This document shows positions 15,372 to 22,788 of a stretch of DNA of 32,000 nt, one piece after another (the first letter of the stretch is position 1; every line of letters starts with the position of its first letter). Under the pieces are notes generated by a model that saw only the letters and a program-made list of their open reading frames with translations, ran no database searches and was not told the DNA's origin. Source of the stretch: an uncultured Actinomycetes bacterium (GTDB taxonomy: Bacteria > Actinomycetota > Actinomycetes > S36-B12 > CAIYMF01); the NCBI GenBank assembly GCA_963843975.1, contig CAWJMG010000001.1, positions 450,001 through 482,000 on the forward strand, read 5' to 3'. The translations under genes and the position numbers were made by a program.

Positions 15372-15735
15372 TCACCCCAGCACGGGGGTGAGCGCCTCCT
15401 TGAACGACTCGGGCGTGAACGGCTTGGCGACGAGGAAGAGCGCGCCGGCGGAGGACGCCTTGTCGCGCATCTCCTGCGTGCTCTCGGACGTGACGAACCC
15501 GAAGGGCACCTCGTGGCCGCGGCCACGCAGGCTCTTGAGCAGGTCGAACCCGTTCATCTCCGGCATGTTCCAGTCGGACAGCACGAGATCAGGCGTCTCG
15601 GCCTGGACGAGCCTCGAACGCCTCGAGCCCGTTGGCGGCCTCGACGAGCGCCAGCTCGGTGTAGCCGGCCTGACGCAGCGTGCGCGTCACGATCTGGCGC
15701 ATCACGCGGCTGTCGTCGACGATCAGGACCTTCAT
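15372..15735 (-). pseudogene. cheY: CheY-like single-domain response regulator with an internal frameshift
   Basis: ATG 15735, with AGGAGG upstream, encodes MKVLIVDDSRVMRQIVTRTLRQAGYTELALVEAANGLEAFE and then hits TGA at 15591-15589. The rest, LVQAETPDLVLSDWNMPEMNGFDLLKSL...LVAKPFTPESFKEAL, continues in another frame (ORF 15372..15584). The junction is near 15610-15616. The total length of 364 nt is not a multiple of 3. Confidence 0.8.
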
Positions 15736-15747
15736 CTGTCAGGCCTC

Positions 15748-16185
15748 CTAGGCCGCCGACAGCACGCGGACGCGCAGCGGGTGCTCGAGCCAGCGAGACA
15801 CGACCTGCATCGCGAGCTCGAGCTGGTGGTCCAGCTCGGCGCGCGCGACGGCGGGGAGCGACAGGGTCGAGTGCCCGTCGACGCACGACTTCACCGAGCC
15901 GCCGACGATGTTGGCGAGCTCGCCCACCGCGTCGACCAGGTCGGCCTCGGAGAGGTCGTCGGCCGGGACGTCGAGCATCTGCGACGCGATGGCCGCAGCG
16001 CCCAGGTCGGTGGTCTCGACGCTGACGCGCCCGGCCCATCCGCCCGAGATCTCGACGTAGCCCGCGACGAAGTCGCTGTCGAGCTCGACGTGCTCGACGT
16101 CGACCGGGGTCGGGTTGAGCAGCGATGCCCAGACCTCGTCGACGATGCTCTTCAGCTCCGCAGGAGCCAGTGCGAGCGCGGTCAT
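15748..16185 (-). CDS. cheX: CheX-type chemotaxis (CheY-P) phosphatase
   Basis: ISGGWAGRVSVETTDLGAAAIASQML...DLVDAVGELANIVGGSVKS contains the CheC/CheX/FliY signature D-x3-E-x2-N (DAVGELAN). The gene is embedded between two cheY genes. Confidence 0.75.
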   Translation of the reverse strand: MTALALAPAELKSIVDEVWASLLNPTPVDVEHVELDSDFVAGYVEISGGWAGRVSVETTDLGAAAIASQMLDVPADDLSEADLVDAVGELANIVGGSVKSCVDGHSTLSLPAVARAELDHQLELAMQVVSRWLEHPLRVRVLSAA

Positions 16186-16562
16186 CAGGCCTCCACCCCG
16201 ACGAGCCCCAGCAGCTGGAGCTTCTCCTGGATCGCGTCAGCCGTGAACGGCTTGATCACGTACTCGTGGGCACCGGCGGCGAGGGCGCGCACGATCTGCG
16301 CGTGCTCGCCCTCGGTGGTGACCATCATGAGGGTGACGTCACGGAGCTCGCGGTTGTCACGGACCTCGGTGACGAAGGACAGGCCGTCGAGGACGGGCAT
16401 GTTCCAGTCGATGAGGGCGAGGTCCGGGATCGGACCGACGGCGATCTTGTCGAGCGCCTCCTGCCCGTCGGCTGCCTCGACGCACTCGAAACCCAGCTCG
16501 GTGACGATCCGGCGCAGGATCGAGCGCATGGCGCGGGAGTCGTCGATGACCATGGCAAGCAT
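16185..16562 (-). CDS. cheY: CheY-like response regulator
   Basis: 125 aa: MLAMVIDDSRAMRSILRRIVTELGFECVEAADGQEALDKI...PDLALIDWNMPVLDGLSFV...MMVTTEG...EYVIKPFTADAIQEKL. GGAAGGAG serves as the RBS. The 470-aa ORF prefix is antisense-type read-through. Confidence 0.9.
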   Translation of the reverse strand: MLAMVIDDSRAMRSILRRIVTELGFECVEAADGQEALDKIAVGPIPDLALIDWNMPVLDGLSFVTEVRDNRELRDVTLMMVTTEGEHAQIVRALAAGAHEYVIKPFTADAIQEKLQLLGLVGVEA

Positions 16563-17407
16563 CAGCGATGCTCCTTCCGATAGACAGTTGTTCGTCCGAT
16601 GACGTGTCGTGAGAAACCCTCGACGTCGCCGATCGACGTCTCGGAGCTGCCGAGCAGCAGGTAGCCGCCCGGGGTGAGGGTGTCCCGGATCTTGCGGATG
16701 ATGCGTGCTCGTACGTCGAGGTCGAAGTAGATGAGCACGTTCCGGCAGAGCACCACGTCGAACCGCGGCATGATCGGCCACGGCGCGATGAAGTTCAGCC
16801 GCTCCCACGTCGCCCTGCGCCGGAGCTGCTCGGAGACGAGGTAGTGGGCGCCGTCGCGCGTCATGTAGCGCGCGAGGTACTGGGCGGGGAGGCCGCGGTT
16901 GACCTCTAGGGCGGAGTAGCGACCGGCCTTGGCCTGCGTGATGACGTCGCGCGAGAGGTCGGTGCCGTGCAGGCGCACGTCCCACCCCTGCAGCTCGGGC
17001 ATCTGCAGGTCCATCATCATCGCCAGGCTGTAGAGCTCCTGGCCGGTGGAGCAGGCCGCGCTCCAGATCGTCAGCGAACGGTTCGACTTCGCGGCCATGA
17101 GCTCCGGGAAGATCGTCTGGCGCAGCGTCTCGAACGGGTGGATGTCGCGGAACCACGACGTCTCGTTCGTCGTCATCGCGTCGACGACATCCTCGCCGAG
17201 CCCGGAGTGAGCCCCGGACTTCAGCTTCTGCGCCAGCTCGCGCATGTCGGCGAGACCGTGCGCGCGCAGGACGGGCCGAAGGCGCGCCTCGAAGAGGTAG
17301 TGCTTGTCCGCGGGGCACAGGATCGCCGAACGGCTCTCGACGTACGTGCTGATCGTCGTGAGGTCGGCGTCCACCGCCCCCACGTGAGCACTGGTCATTG
17401 CTGTCAT
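16562..17407 (-). CDS. cheR: Chemotaxis protein methyltransferase CheR
   Basis: 281 aa from ATG 17407, which overlaps the cheB stop in an ATGA junction. Diagnostic segments are TTNETSWFRDIHPFETL..., LTIWSAACSTGQELYSLAMMM and FDVVLCRNVLIYFDLDVRARIIRKIRDTLTPGGYLLLGSSE. Confidence 0.92.
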   Translation of the reverse strand: MTAMTSAHVGAVDADLTTISTYVESRSAILCPADKHYLFEARLRPVLRAHGLADMRELAQKLKSGAHSGLGEDVVDAMTTNETSWFRDIHPFETLRQTIFPELMAAKSNRSLTIWSAACSTGQELYSLAMMMDLQMPELQGWDVRLHGTDLSRDVITQAKAGRYSALEVNRGLPAQYLARYMTRDGAHYLVSEQLRRRATWERLNFIAPWPIMPRFDVVLCRNVLIYFDLDVRARIIRKIRDTLTPGGYLLLGSSETSIGDVEGFSRHVIGRTTVYRKEHR

Positions 17408-18570
17408 CGCGTCCCCGTCCTGGACATGGTGGTGGATCGGTCGGTGGCGGAGACGATCGCTCCAGCGATGTCGTCCAGAGGTAGTACCCGGTCGGCGATG
17501 CCCTCGCGGACAACCGCTCCCGGCATGCCCCACACCACTGAGCTCTCCTCGTCCTGGGCCAGGACGCTTCCTCCGAGAGAGCGCAGGGCACGAGCACCGG
17601 CGAGGCCGTCGTGGCCCATGCCGGTCATGATCACGGTGAGGACGCGGGATCCCCAGGTGGCGGCGGCGGAGCGCAGCGTCACGTCCACGGCGGGCCGGCA
17701 CGAGTTCTCGAGCGGACCGTCGTCGTGGTGGAGAGCCAGCAGCCCGCGCTGCATCGTCACCTGCAGGTGCGAGCCGCCGGCGGCGATGTAGACGTGCCCG
17801 TTCTCGAGGGGCGCGCCGTCGACCGACTCCTGCACCGGCACGACGGACGACGCGTCGAGCCGCTCGGCGAGCAGCCGCGTGAAGACGGCCGGCATGTGCT
17901 GCACGACGAGGACGGGGACGGAGAGGTTGCTCGGCAGCATCGGGATGACGCGCGCGAGCGCCGTCGGGCCGCCGGTCGAGACGCCGATCACGACGGCGAT
18001 CGGAGGACGCCGGTCCTGCGGCACCTGCGGGAAGGACGGGCTGTGCTTGCCCGAGGACGTCGTCAGGTCGACGACGGCAGGAGCCGGGCGAGCCGGTGCC
18101 TGCGCCCGGGTGGGGAGCGGCGTCGCCTTGCCGAGCGCCGGGCGTGCGGTCCCTGGACGGTGCCGACGTCCCCACAGGTTGATGAGCGGGACGAGCGAGT
18201 CGCGGACGGCGGTGAGCGCCGCCTCGCGGTCGCGGGTGCCGGCCGGCTTGGTGACGTAGTCGTTGGCGCCGAGGGTCAGGGCGTCCAGGGTCGCCGACGC
18301 GCCGCGGGCGGTCAGCGTGCTGAACATGATCACGGGCAGGTGGTGCCAGCGCTGGCGGATCTCGGCGAGGGTCGCGAGCCCGTCCATCACCGGCATCTCG
18401 ACGTCGAGCGTGACCACGTCGGGGTTGAGCAGGGCGATCTGCTGCAGGGCCAGCCGCCCGTTGCTCGCCGTGCCGACGACCTCGATGTCGGGCTGCGCCT
18501 CGAGCACCTCGCTCACCAGACGGCGGATGACGGCGGTGTCGTCGACGACGAGCACGCGGATCGGTGCCAT
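17404..18570 (-). CDS. cheB: Protein-glutamate methylesterase/deamidase CheB
   Basis: The N-terminal receiver is IRVLVVDDTAVIRRLV...DVVTLDVEMPVMDGL. The C-terminal esterase domain is IAVVIGVSTGGPTAL...VLVVQHMPAVFTRLLAERL...VIMTGMGHDGLAG...AQDEESSVVWGMPG. GAAGGAGGA serves as the RBS. Confidence 0.93.
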   Translation of the reverse strand: MAPIRVLVVDDTAVIRRLVSEVLEAQPDIEVVGTASNGRLALQQIALLNPDVVTLDVEMPVMDGLATLAEIRQRWHHLPVIMFSTLTARGASATLDALTLGANDYVTKPAGTRDREAALTAVRDSLVPLINLWGRRHRPGTARPALGKATPLPTRAQAPARPAPAVVDLTTSSGKHSPSFPQVPQDRRPPIAVVIGVSTGGPTALARVIPMLPSNLSVPVLVVQHMPAVFTRLLAERLDASSVVPVQESVDGAPLENGHVYIAAGGSHLQVTMQRGLLALHHDDGPLENSCRPAVDVTLRSAAATWGSRVLTVIMTGMGHDGLAGARALRSLGGSVLAQDEESSVVWGMPGAVVREGIADRVLPLDDIAGAIVSATDRSTTMSRTGTR

Positions 18571-18647
18571 CGTTCCTCCTTCTGGTGTCTGGTGGTCCTG
18601 CGGGATGTCGAGCGGGATCGTGCGGGCGGTGCTGGTCGTGCGGGTCG

Positions 18648-19112
18648 TCAGCCGGCGGCGGCCGCAGCGACGACGTCGCGCAGGTGGACGTCCTGCAGCT
18701 TGCGGGTGTCGAGCACCAGCAGCAGGGCGTCGGGGAGCTTGTAGGCGCCCACGACCAGGTCGCGAGCAGGGCCGTCCAACGTGGGCGGGACGTCCTCGAA
18801 GGGCACGTCCACGACGTCGATGACGTCGCCGATCTGGTCGACCAGCAGGCTGATCGCCTCGTCGGCGTCGTCGCGGATGACGACGTTGACCGGGAGCTCG
18901 CCGGCCGCCAGCGGGGGCAGGTCGAGCATGTGGCGCAGGTCGAGCGCGGTGACGATCTGGCCGCGCAGGTTGATGAGCCCGCGGACGACCTTCGGCACGA
19001 GCGGCACGACGGTCATGCCCTGGTAGCGGATGACCTCCTGCACCTCGACGACGTCGACCCCGAGGTAGAGGTCGTCGACGTGGAACGTGCAGAGCTGGGT
19101 GGTCTCAGACAT
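18648..19112 (-). CDS. cheW: Chemotaxis coupling protein CheW
   Basis: MSETTQLCTFHVDDLYLGVDVVEVQEVIRYQGMTVVPLVPKVVRGLINLRGQIVTALDLRHML is a typical CheW domain. ATG 19112 overlaps the cheA 3' end and GGAGG lies five nt upstream. Confidence 0.9.
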   Translation of the reverse strand: MSETTQLCTFHVDDLYLGVDVVEVQEVIRYQGMTVVPLVPKVVRGLINLRGQIVTALDLRHMLDLPPLAAGELPVNVVIRDDADEAISLLVDQIGDVIDVVDVPFEDVPPTLDGPARDLVVGAYKLPDALLLVLDTRKLQDVHLRDVVAAAAAG

Positions 19113-21360
19113 AGGAGCCTCCACGGGCAGAGGCCACGAGGGCCGGGATGTCGACGAGGTCGGTCACGAAGCCCTGGATGACCGCGGAGCCCTGGAGGCC
19201 GCCGCGCAGGCCGACCTCGCTGAGGACGACCTCCTCCTCGACGACGTCGAGGATCTCGTCGACCACGAAGCCGATGGGCTGCTCGCCGTCGTGACGGTGG
19301 ACGACGACCGCGTAGGTGTCGGAGTGCACCGGGGCTGAGAGTCCGAGGAGCGATCCGACGTGCACGAGCTTCATGAGGTCGCCGCGGTACTTCACGACCT
19401 GGGCGTCGCCCGCGTGCTCGACCTGGTGGTCGGGGAACTCCTCGAGGCGCGCGATGTCGCCCATGGGCAGCGCGATCCGACGGTCCTCGCCGACGCGGCA
19501 GATGAGCAGGCCGTTGGCGTCCCAGTCCTGGGTCTCGTGCGACGCCTCGACGAGCGAGCTGGAGCCCGAGGTCACGTTCACGGCGTTCGCGCGCTGCGAC
19601 AGGCCCGACACGTCGAGGATCAGCGCGACGCGGCCCTCGCCGGTGATGGTGGCGCCGGCGAAGCCCTCGACGGGCTTGATCTGACGCGACAGCGGCCGGA
19701 CGACGATCTCCTGGGTGTCGACGACGTCCTCGACCACGAGGCCGAACTGGGTGCCGTCGGCCTGCAGCACGACGATGTTCATCGACTCGGCCGGGTCGCG
19801 GTCGAGCTCGAGCTGCTCGGCCAGGAAGACCAGCGGCAGCAGCGAGCCGCGCAGACGGTGCACCGGGGCTCCGGCGACGTGCTCTATCGCCGGGCCGTTG
19901 CCCTCGCCGTCGCCGTCGAGGCGCACGAGCTCGAGCAGGTTGACCTGCGGGATGGCGTAGAGCTCGCCACCCTGGCGCACCACGAGCGCGGGGATGATCG
20001 CGAGCGTCAGCGGGATGCGGACGCGAACGGTCGTGCCCTCGCCGACGACGCTCTGCAGGTCGACCGAGCCGCCGATCTTCTCGATGTTGGTGCGGACGAC
20101 GTCCATCCCGACGCCACGGCCGGACACGTTCGTGACGGCCTCGGCGGTGGAGAAGCCGGGGCGGAAGATGAGGTCGAGGATCTCGCGGTCGGACATGCGC
20201 GCGAGCTGCTCGCGGGAGACGAGGCCCTTCTCGACGGCCTTGTCGCCGACGCGCACCGGATCCATGCCCTTGCCGTCGTCGGTGACCTCGACCACGACCT
20301 GGCCGGACTCGTGGTACGCCTTGAGGAGGAGCGTGCCCTCGGCCGGCTTGCCGGTGGTCGCACGGTCGGCCGGCGACTCGAGGCCGTGGTCGATCGCGTT
20401 GCGCACGAGGTGGGTCAGCGGGTCCTTGACCGCCTCGAGCAGCGTGCGGTCGAGCTCGGTCTCGCGGCCCTCCATCACGAGGCGCACGGACTTGCCGCAC
20501 TGCGCACCGAGGTCGCGCACGACCCGGGGCAGGCGCGACCAGACGCCGTCGATCGGCTGCATGCGGGTCTTCATGACCCCTTCCTGCAGCTCGCTCGCGA
20601 TGAGGTTGAGGCGCTGGGCAGCGCGCTGGAGCTCGACGCTCTGCAGGTCGGCGGTGTACTGCACGACCTGGTTGCGGGTGAGCACGAGCTCGCCGACCAT
20701 GCGCATGAGCTGGTCGAGCAGGCCGACGTCCACGCGGATGCTGGAGTCGGCGACGCTGCGGCGGTGCTCCTCGTCGCCCGAGGCGGGGGCGGCGGCGGGC
20801 GCGGGCGTGGCAGCGGGGGCGACAGGCGCGGGGGCTGCGACGGCCTCGACCACGACGGGCGCCTCGACGACGGGCCCGGGCGTCGGCTCGGCCTCGGGCG
20901 CAGGCACGGGGAGCTCGACCGCTGCGACCGGGTCGGCAGCCTCCGCGGCAGGCGCGGGCTCGAGGCAGCGGGCCAGCGCGGCCTCGACCTCGGAGGTGTC
21001 GAGGTCGCCCTCGACACCGGTCTGCTCGATCTGGCCGAGCAGGGCGCGGACGACGTCCACCATCTGCAGCAGCACCGTGGTGATCCCGGGTGTGAGCTCG
21101 AGCTTGCCGTCGCGCAGCTTGGACAGCACGTTCTCGCCGACGTGGGTGACGGCCTCGAGGCGGTTGAAGGCGAGGAAGCCGCTCGTGCCCTTGATCGTGT
21201 GGATCGTGCGGAAGATCGAGGCCAGCAGGGGGCGGGAGGAGGGGTCCTTCTCGAGCTCCACGAGGGCGCGGTCGAGCTCGTCGAGGTTCTCGTACGACTC
21301 GACCAGGAACTCCTGGGCGATCTCGTCGAGTCCGTCGGCGAAGACGGGGGTGTTCGTCAT
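19105..21360 (-). CDS. cheA: Chemotaxis histidine kinase CheA (Hpt - Ala/Pro linker - dimerisation - HATPase - two CheW-like domains)
   Basis: Start at ATG 21360 (MTNTPVFADGLDEIAQEFLVES). The Hpt site is FRTIHTIKGTSGF, P3 is IRVDVGLLDQLMRMVGELVLTRNQ, and P4 is DPLTHLVRNAIDHG...GRGVGMDVVRTNIEKIGG. P5 and a second CheW-like block follow at the C-terminus. Confidence 0.93.
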   Translation of the reverse strand: MTNTPVFADGLDEIAQEFLVESYENLDELDRALVELEKDPSSRPLLASIFRTIHTIKGTSGFLAFNRLEAVTHVGENVLSKLRDGKLELTPGITTVLLQMVDVVRALLGQIEQTGVEGDLDTSEVEAALARCLEPAPAAEAADPVAAVELPVPAPEAEPTPGPVVEAPVVVEAVAAPAPVAPAATPAPAAAPASGDEEHRRSVADSSIRVDVGLLDQLMRMVGELVLTRNQVVQYTADLQSVELQRAAQRLNLIASELQEGVMKTRMQPIDGVWSRLPRVVRDLGAQCGKSVRLVMEGRETELDRTLLEAVKDPLTHLVRNAIDHGLESPADRATTGKPAEGTLLLKAYHESGQVVVEVTDDGKGMDPVRVGDKAVEKGLVSREQLARMSDREILDLIFRPGFSTAEAVTNVSGRGVGMDVVRTNIEKIGGSVDLQSVVGEGTTVRVRIPLTLAIIPALVVRQGGELYAIPQVNLLELVRLDGDGEGNGPAIEHVAGAPVHRLRGSLLPLVFLAEQLELDRDPAESMNIVVLQADGTQFGLVVEDVVDTQEIVVRPLSRQIKPVEGFAGATITGEGRVALILDVSGLSQRANAVNVTSGSSSLVEASHETQDWDANGLLICRVGEDRRIALPMGDIARLEEFPDHQVEHAGDAQVVKYRGDLMKLVHVGSLLGLSAPVHSDTYAVVVHRHDGEQPIGFVVDEILDVVEEEVVLSEVGLRGGLQGSAVIQGFVTDLVDIPALVASARGGSYV

Positions 21361-21424
21361 TGCGCGTGGACCTCGCTGCCCTCCATGGCCCCGGGCACCG
21401 TCCTGCCGGGGTTCCTGCACCAGC

Positions 21425-21453
21425 CCCATCGGTCGCCCGGGGGCCGGGCTGAG
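21425..21453 (-). promoter_or_regulatory. Candidate FliA-class promoter of the che operon
   Basis: The minus strand reads CTCAG (21453-21449), a 16-nt spacer, then CCGATGGGG (21432-21424). It sits about 65 nt upstream of the cheA ATG. Confidence 0.55.
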
Positions 21454-21479
21454 GGAAAGGAGGGTCGACGGGAGGTCAC

Positions 21480-21497
21480 CCTTCCCTCACGGGAAGG
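21480..21497 (-). terminator. Short hairpin downstream of the lipoprotein gene (weak terminator candidate)
   Basis: CCTTCCC (21480-21486), a 4-nt loop, then GGGAAGG (21491-21497). It lies 25 nt after the stop at 21522 and just upstream of the cheA promoter motif. Confidence 0.35.
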
Positions 21498-21521
21498 TCA
21501 AGCGGGCGAGCATCACACCGG

Positions 21522-22505
21522 TCAGCCGTTGGAGGCCTCGACCGACAGCACGGTGATCTTGTCGCCGATCGCGTCGGTCATGAGGAATGAGCCGTCGAGC
21601 AGCAGTACGTCCACGTTGGACCGGTCGCGCAGGTTGCCCGAGGCCGCGTCGTACAGAGGCGTGACCGAGCGCTCGCGCAGATCGACGATCGCGATCGCCG
21701 GACCCTGCTGGAGCCCGACGAGCAGAGTGGCCCTGGCCCCCATGGACCCGATCGCCAGCCCGTCGGGGCCGCCGGGCACCTTGATGCGCGCCACGACGGC
21801 GAGCGTCGCGGTGTCGACGCCGACGACGACGTCCTTCCCCATGCACGTGGCGTACAGCGTTCCGTCGAGGTACGCGACGTCCTGCGCGCCGGGGCAGACC
21901 GGCTTGGACGCCGTCACCTCCCCGGTGCTCGGCGTGACGCGCACGATGCGTCCGCCGCCGAAGTCGGTGACGAACAGCGAGTCGACCCCGGCGGTGACCA
22001 GTCGGGGCTCACCGCCGACGTCGTAGCGGGCCACGACGTCGCCCGTGCCGGGATCGACCTCCACGAGGGAGGCCTCCTTCTGCAGCACGACGAACAGGTG
22101 CCCGTCGAAGACCGTGACGCCCTCGGGCTCCTCGCCGACGTCCACCGTGCGGCCGACCATGCCGGTGGCGGCGTCCACCTCGGTGAGCCGGCCGTCGGCG
22201 AAGGTCGTGACCCAGAGCGACCCGTCGAGCGCCACCATCCGCAGCGGGGTGTCGCCCACCGCGACGGCCTCGCCGGGCTTCCCGTCCGCGTCGAGCGGGG
22301 AGACCGCACCGCTCGCCGACCACGCCACCCATGCCGTGCCGTCGACCTCGGCCAGCCCGACCGGGCCGAGCAGCAGGGGCGCGGGCTCGGACGACGAGGC
22401 CGAGGTCGGCGTCCCACCACCGGGCGCCGGGGACTCCCCCGCCGAGCACGCCGCGAGCAGCAGCGCGGCGGCCAGGATCGTGGCGGACGCTGCGAGCCGG
22501 GGCAT
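21522..22505 (-). CDS. Lipoprotein with beta-propeller (YVTN-like) repeats
   Basis: The signal peptide has a lipobox (MPRLAASATILAAALLLAAC-S). Units of about 40 aa repeat, of the form V-VG--P--V----G-L-V-------L-EVD--TG-V. Confidence 0.8.
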   Translation of the reverse strand: MPRLAASATILAAALLLAACSAGESPAPGGGTPTSASSSEPAPLLLGPVGLAEVDGTAWVAWSASGAVSPLDADGKPGEAVAVGDTPLRMVALDGSLWVTTFADGRLTEVDAATGMVGRTVDVGEEPEGVTVFDGHLFVVLQKEASLVEVDPGTGDVVARYDVGGEPRLVTAGVDSLFVTDFGGGRIVRVTPSTGEVTASKPVCPGAQDVAYLDGTLYATCMGKDVVVGVDTATLAVVARIKVPGGPDGLAIGSMGARATLLVGLQQGPAIAIVDLRERSVTPLYDAASGNLRDRSNVDVLLLDGSFLMTDAIGDKITVLSVEASNG

Positions 22506-22615
22506 GGCCGAATCATGGCCCCGCGACGCGGCCTCGTCAGCCGAGTCCCGTCAGCGGGCTCCCGGTCTGACGAGCCGGGGCGTGCGCGTGGGGAGCCGCA
22601 CGAGGGAAGTTGATC

Positions 22616-22629
22616 GGTAAACGGTTGCA
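22616..22629. promoter_or_regulatory. LacI/GalR-type operator-like site (distal)
   Basis: GGTAAACGGTTGCA compared with the family pattern TG--A-CG-T--CA has one mismatch at position 1. It lies in the divergent spacer between the lipoprotein and amylase genes. Confidence 0.3.
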
Positions 22630-22727
22630 GCGACAACCGCGACTGGCACCGGATAGCGGGGTGCATCCCGCGTGAAACACCGCTCAGCAGAGGCACTCAC
22701 CAGGTTCTCAGCCGAATCTCACTGCTG

Positions 22728-22741
22728 TGGAACCGTTGTCA
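22728..22741. promoter_or_regulatory. LacI/GalR-type operator-like site (proximal to the amylase gene)
   Basis: TGGAACCGTTGTCA fits TG--A-CG-T--CA at all constrained positions. It lies 48 nt upstream of ATG 22789. Confidence 0.4.
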
Positions 22742-22788
22742 TTAGCGTGCGAGGGCCAGCCCACCCCTCGACCGGACCGAGGTACCAG

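Noticed and set aside
21449-21497. Alternative pairing of CCCTTCCCTC with either GAGGGAAAGG or GGGAAGG as an attenuator or riboswitch-like switch upstream of cheA
   Set aside because: The segments lie upstream of the predicted cheA transcription start, across the terminator of the preceding gene and the -35 element. A simple terminator followed by a promoter explains them without invoking a switch.
19360-22026. 888-aa ORF on the plus strand
   Set aside because: It is antisense to cheA and the lipoprotein gene and even spans their intergenic promoter region. The sequence is low-complexity and no motifs are present.
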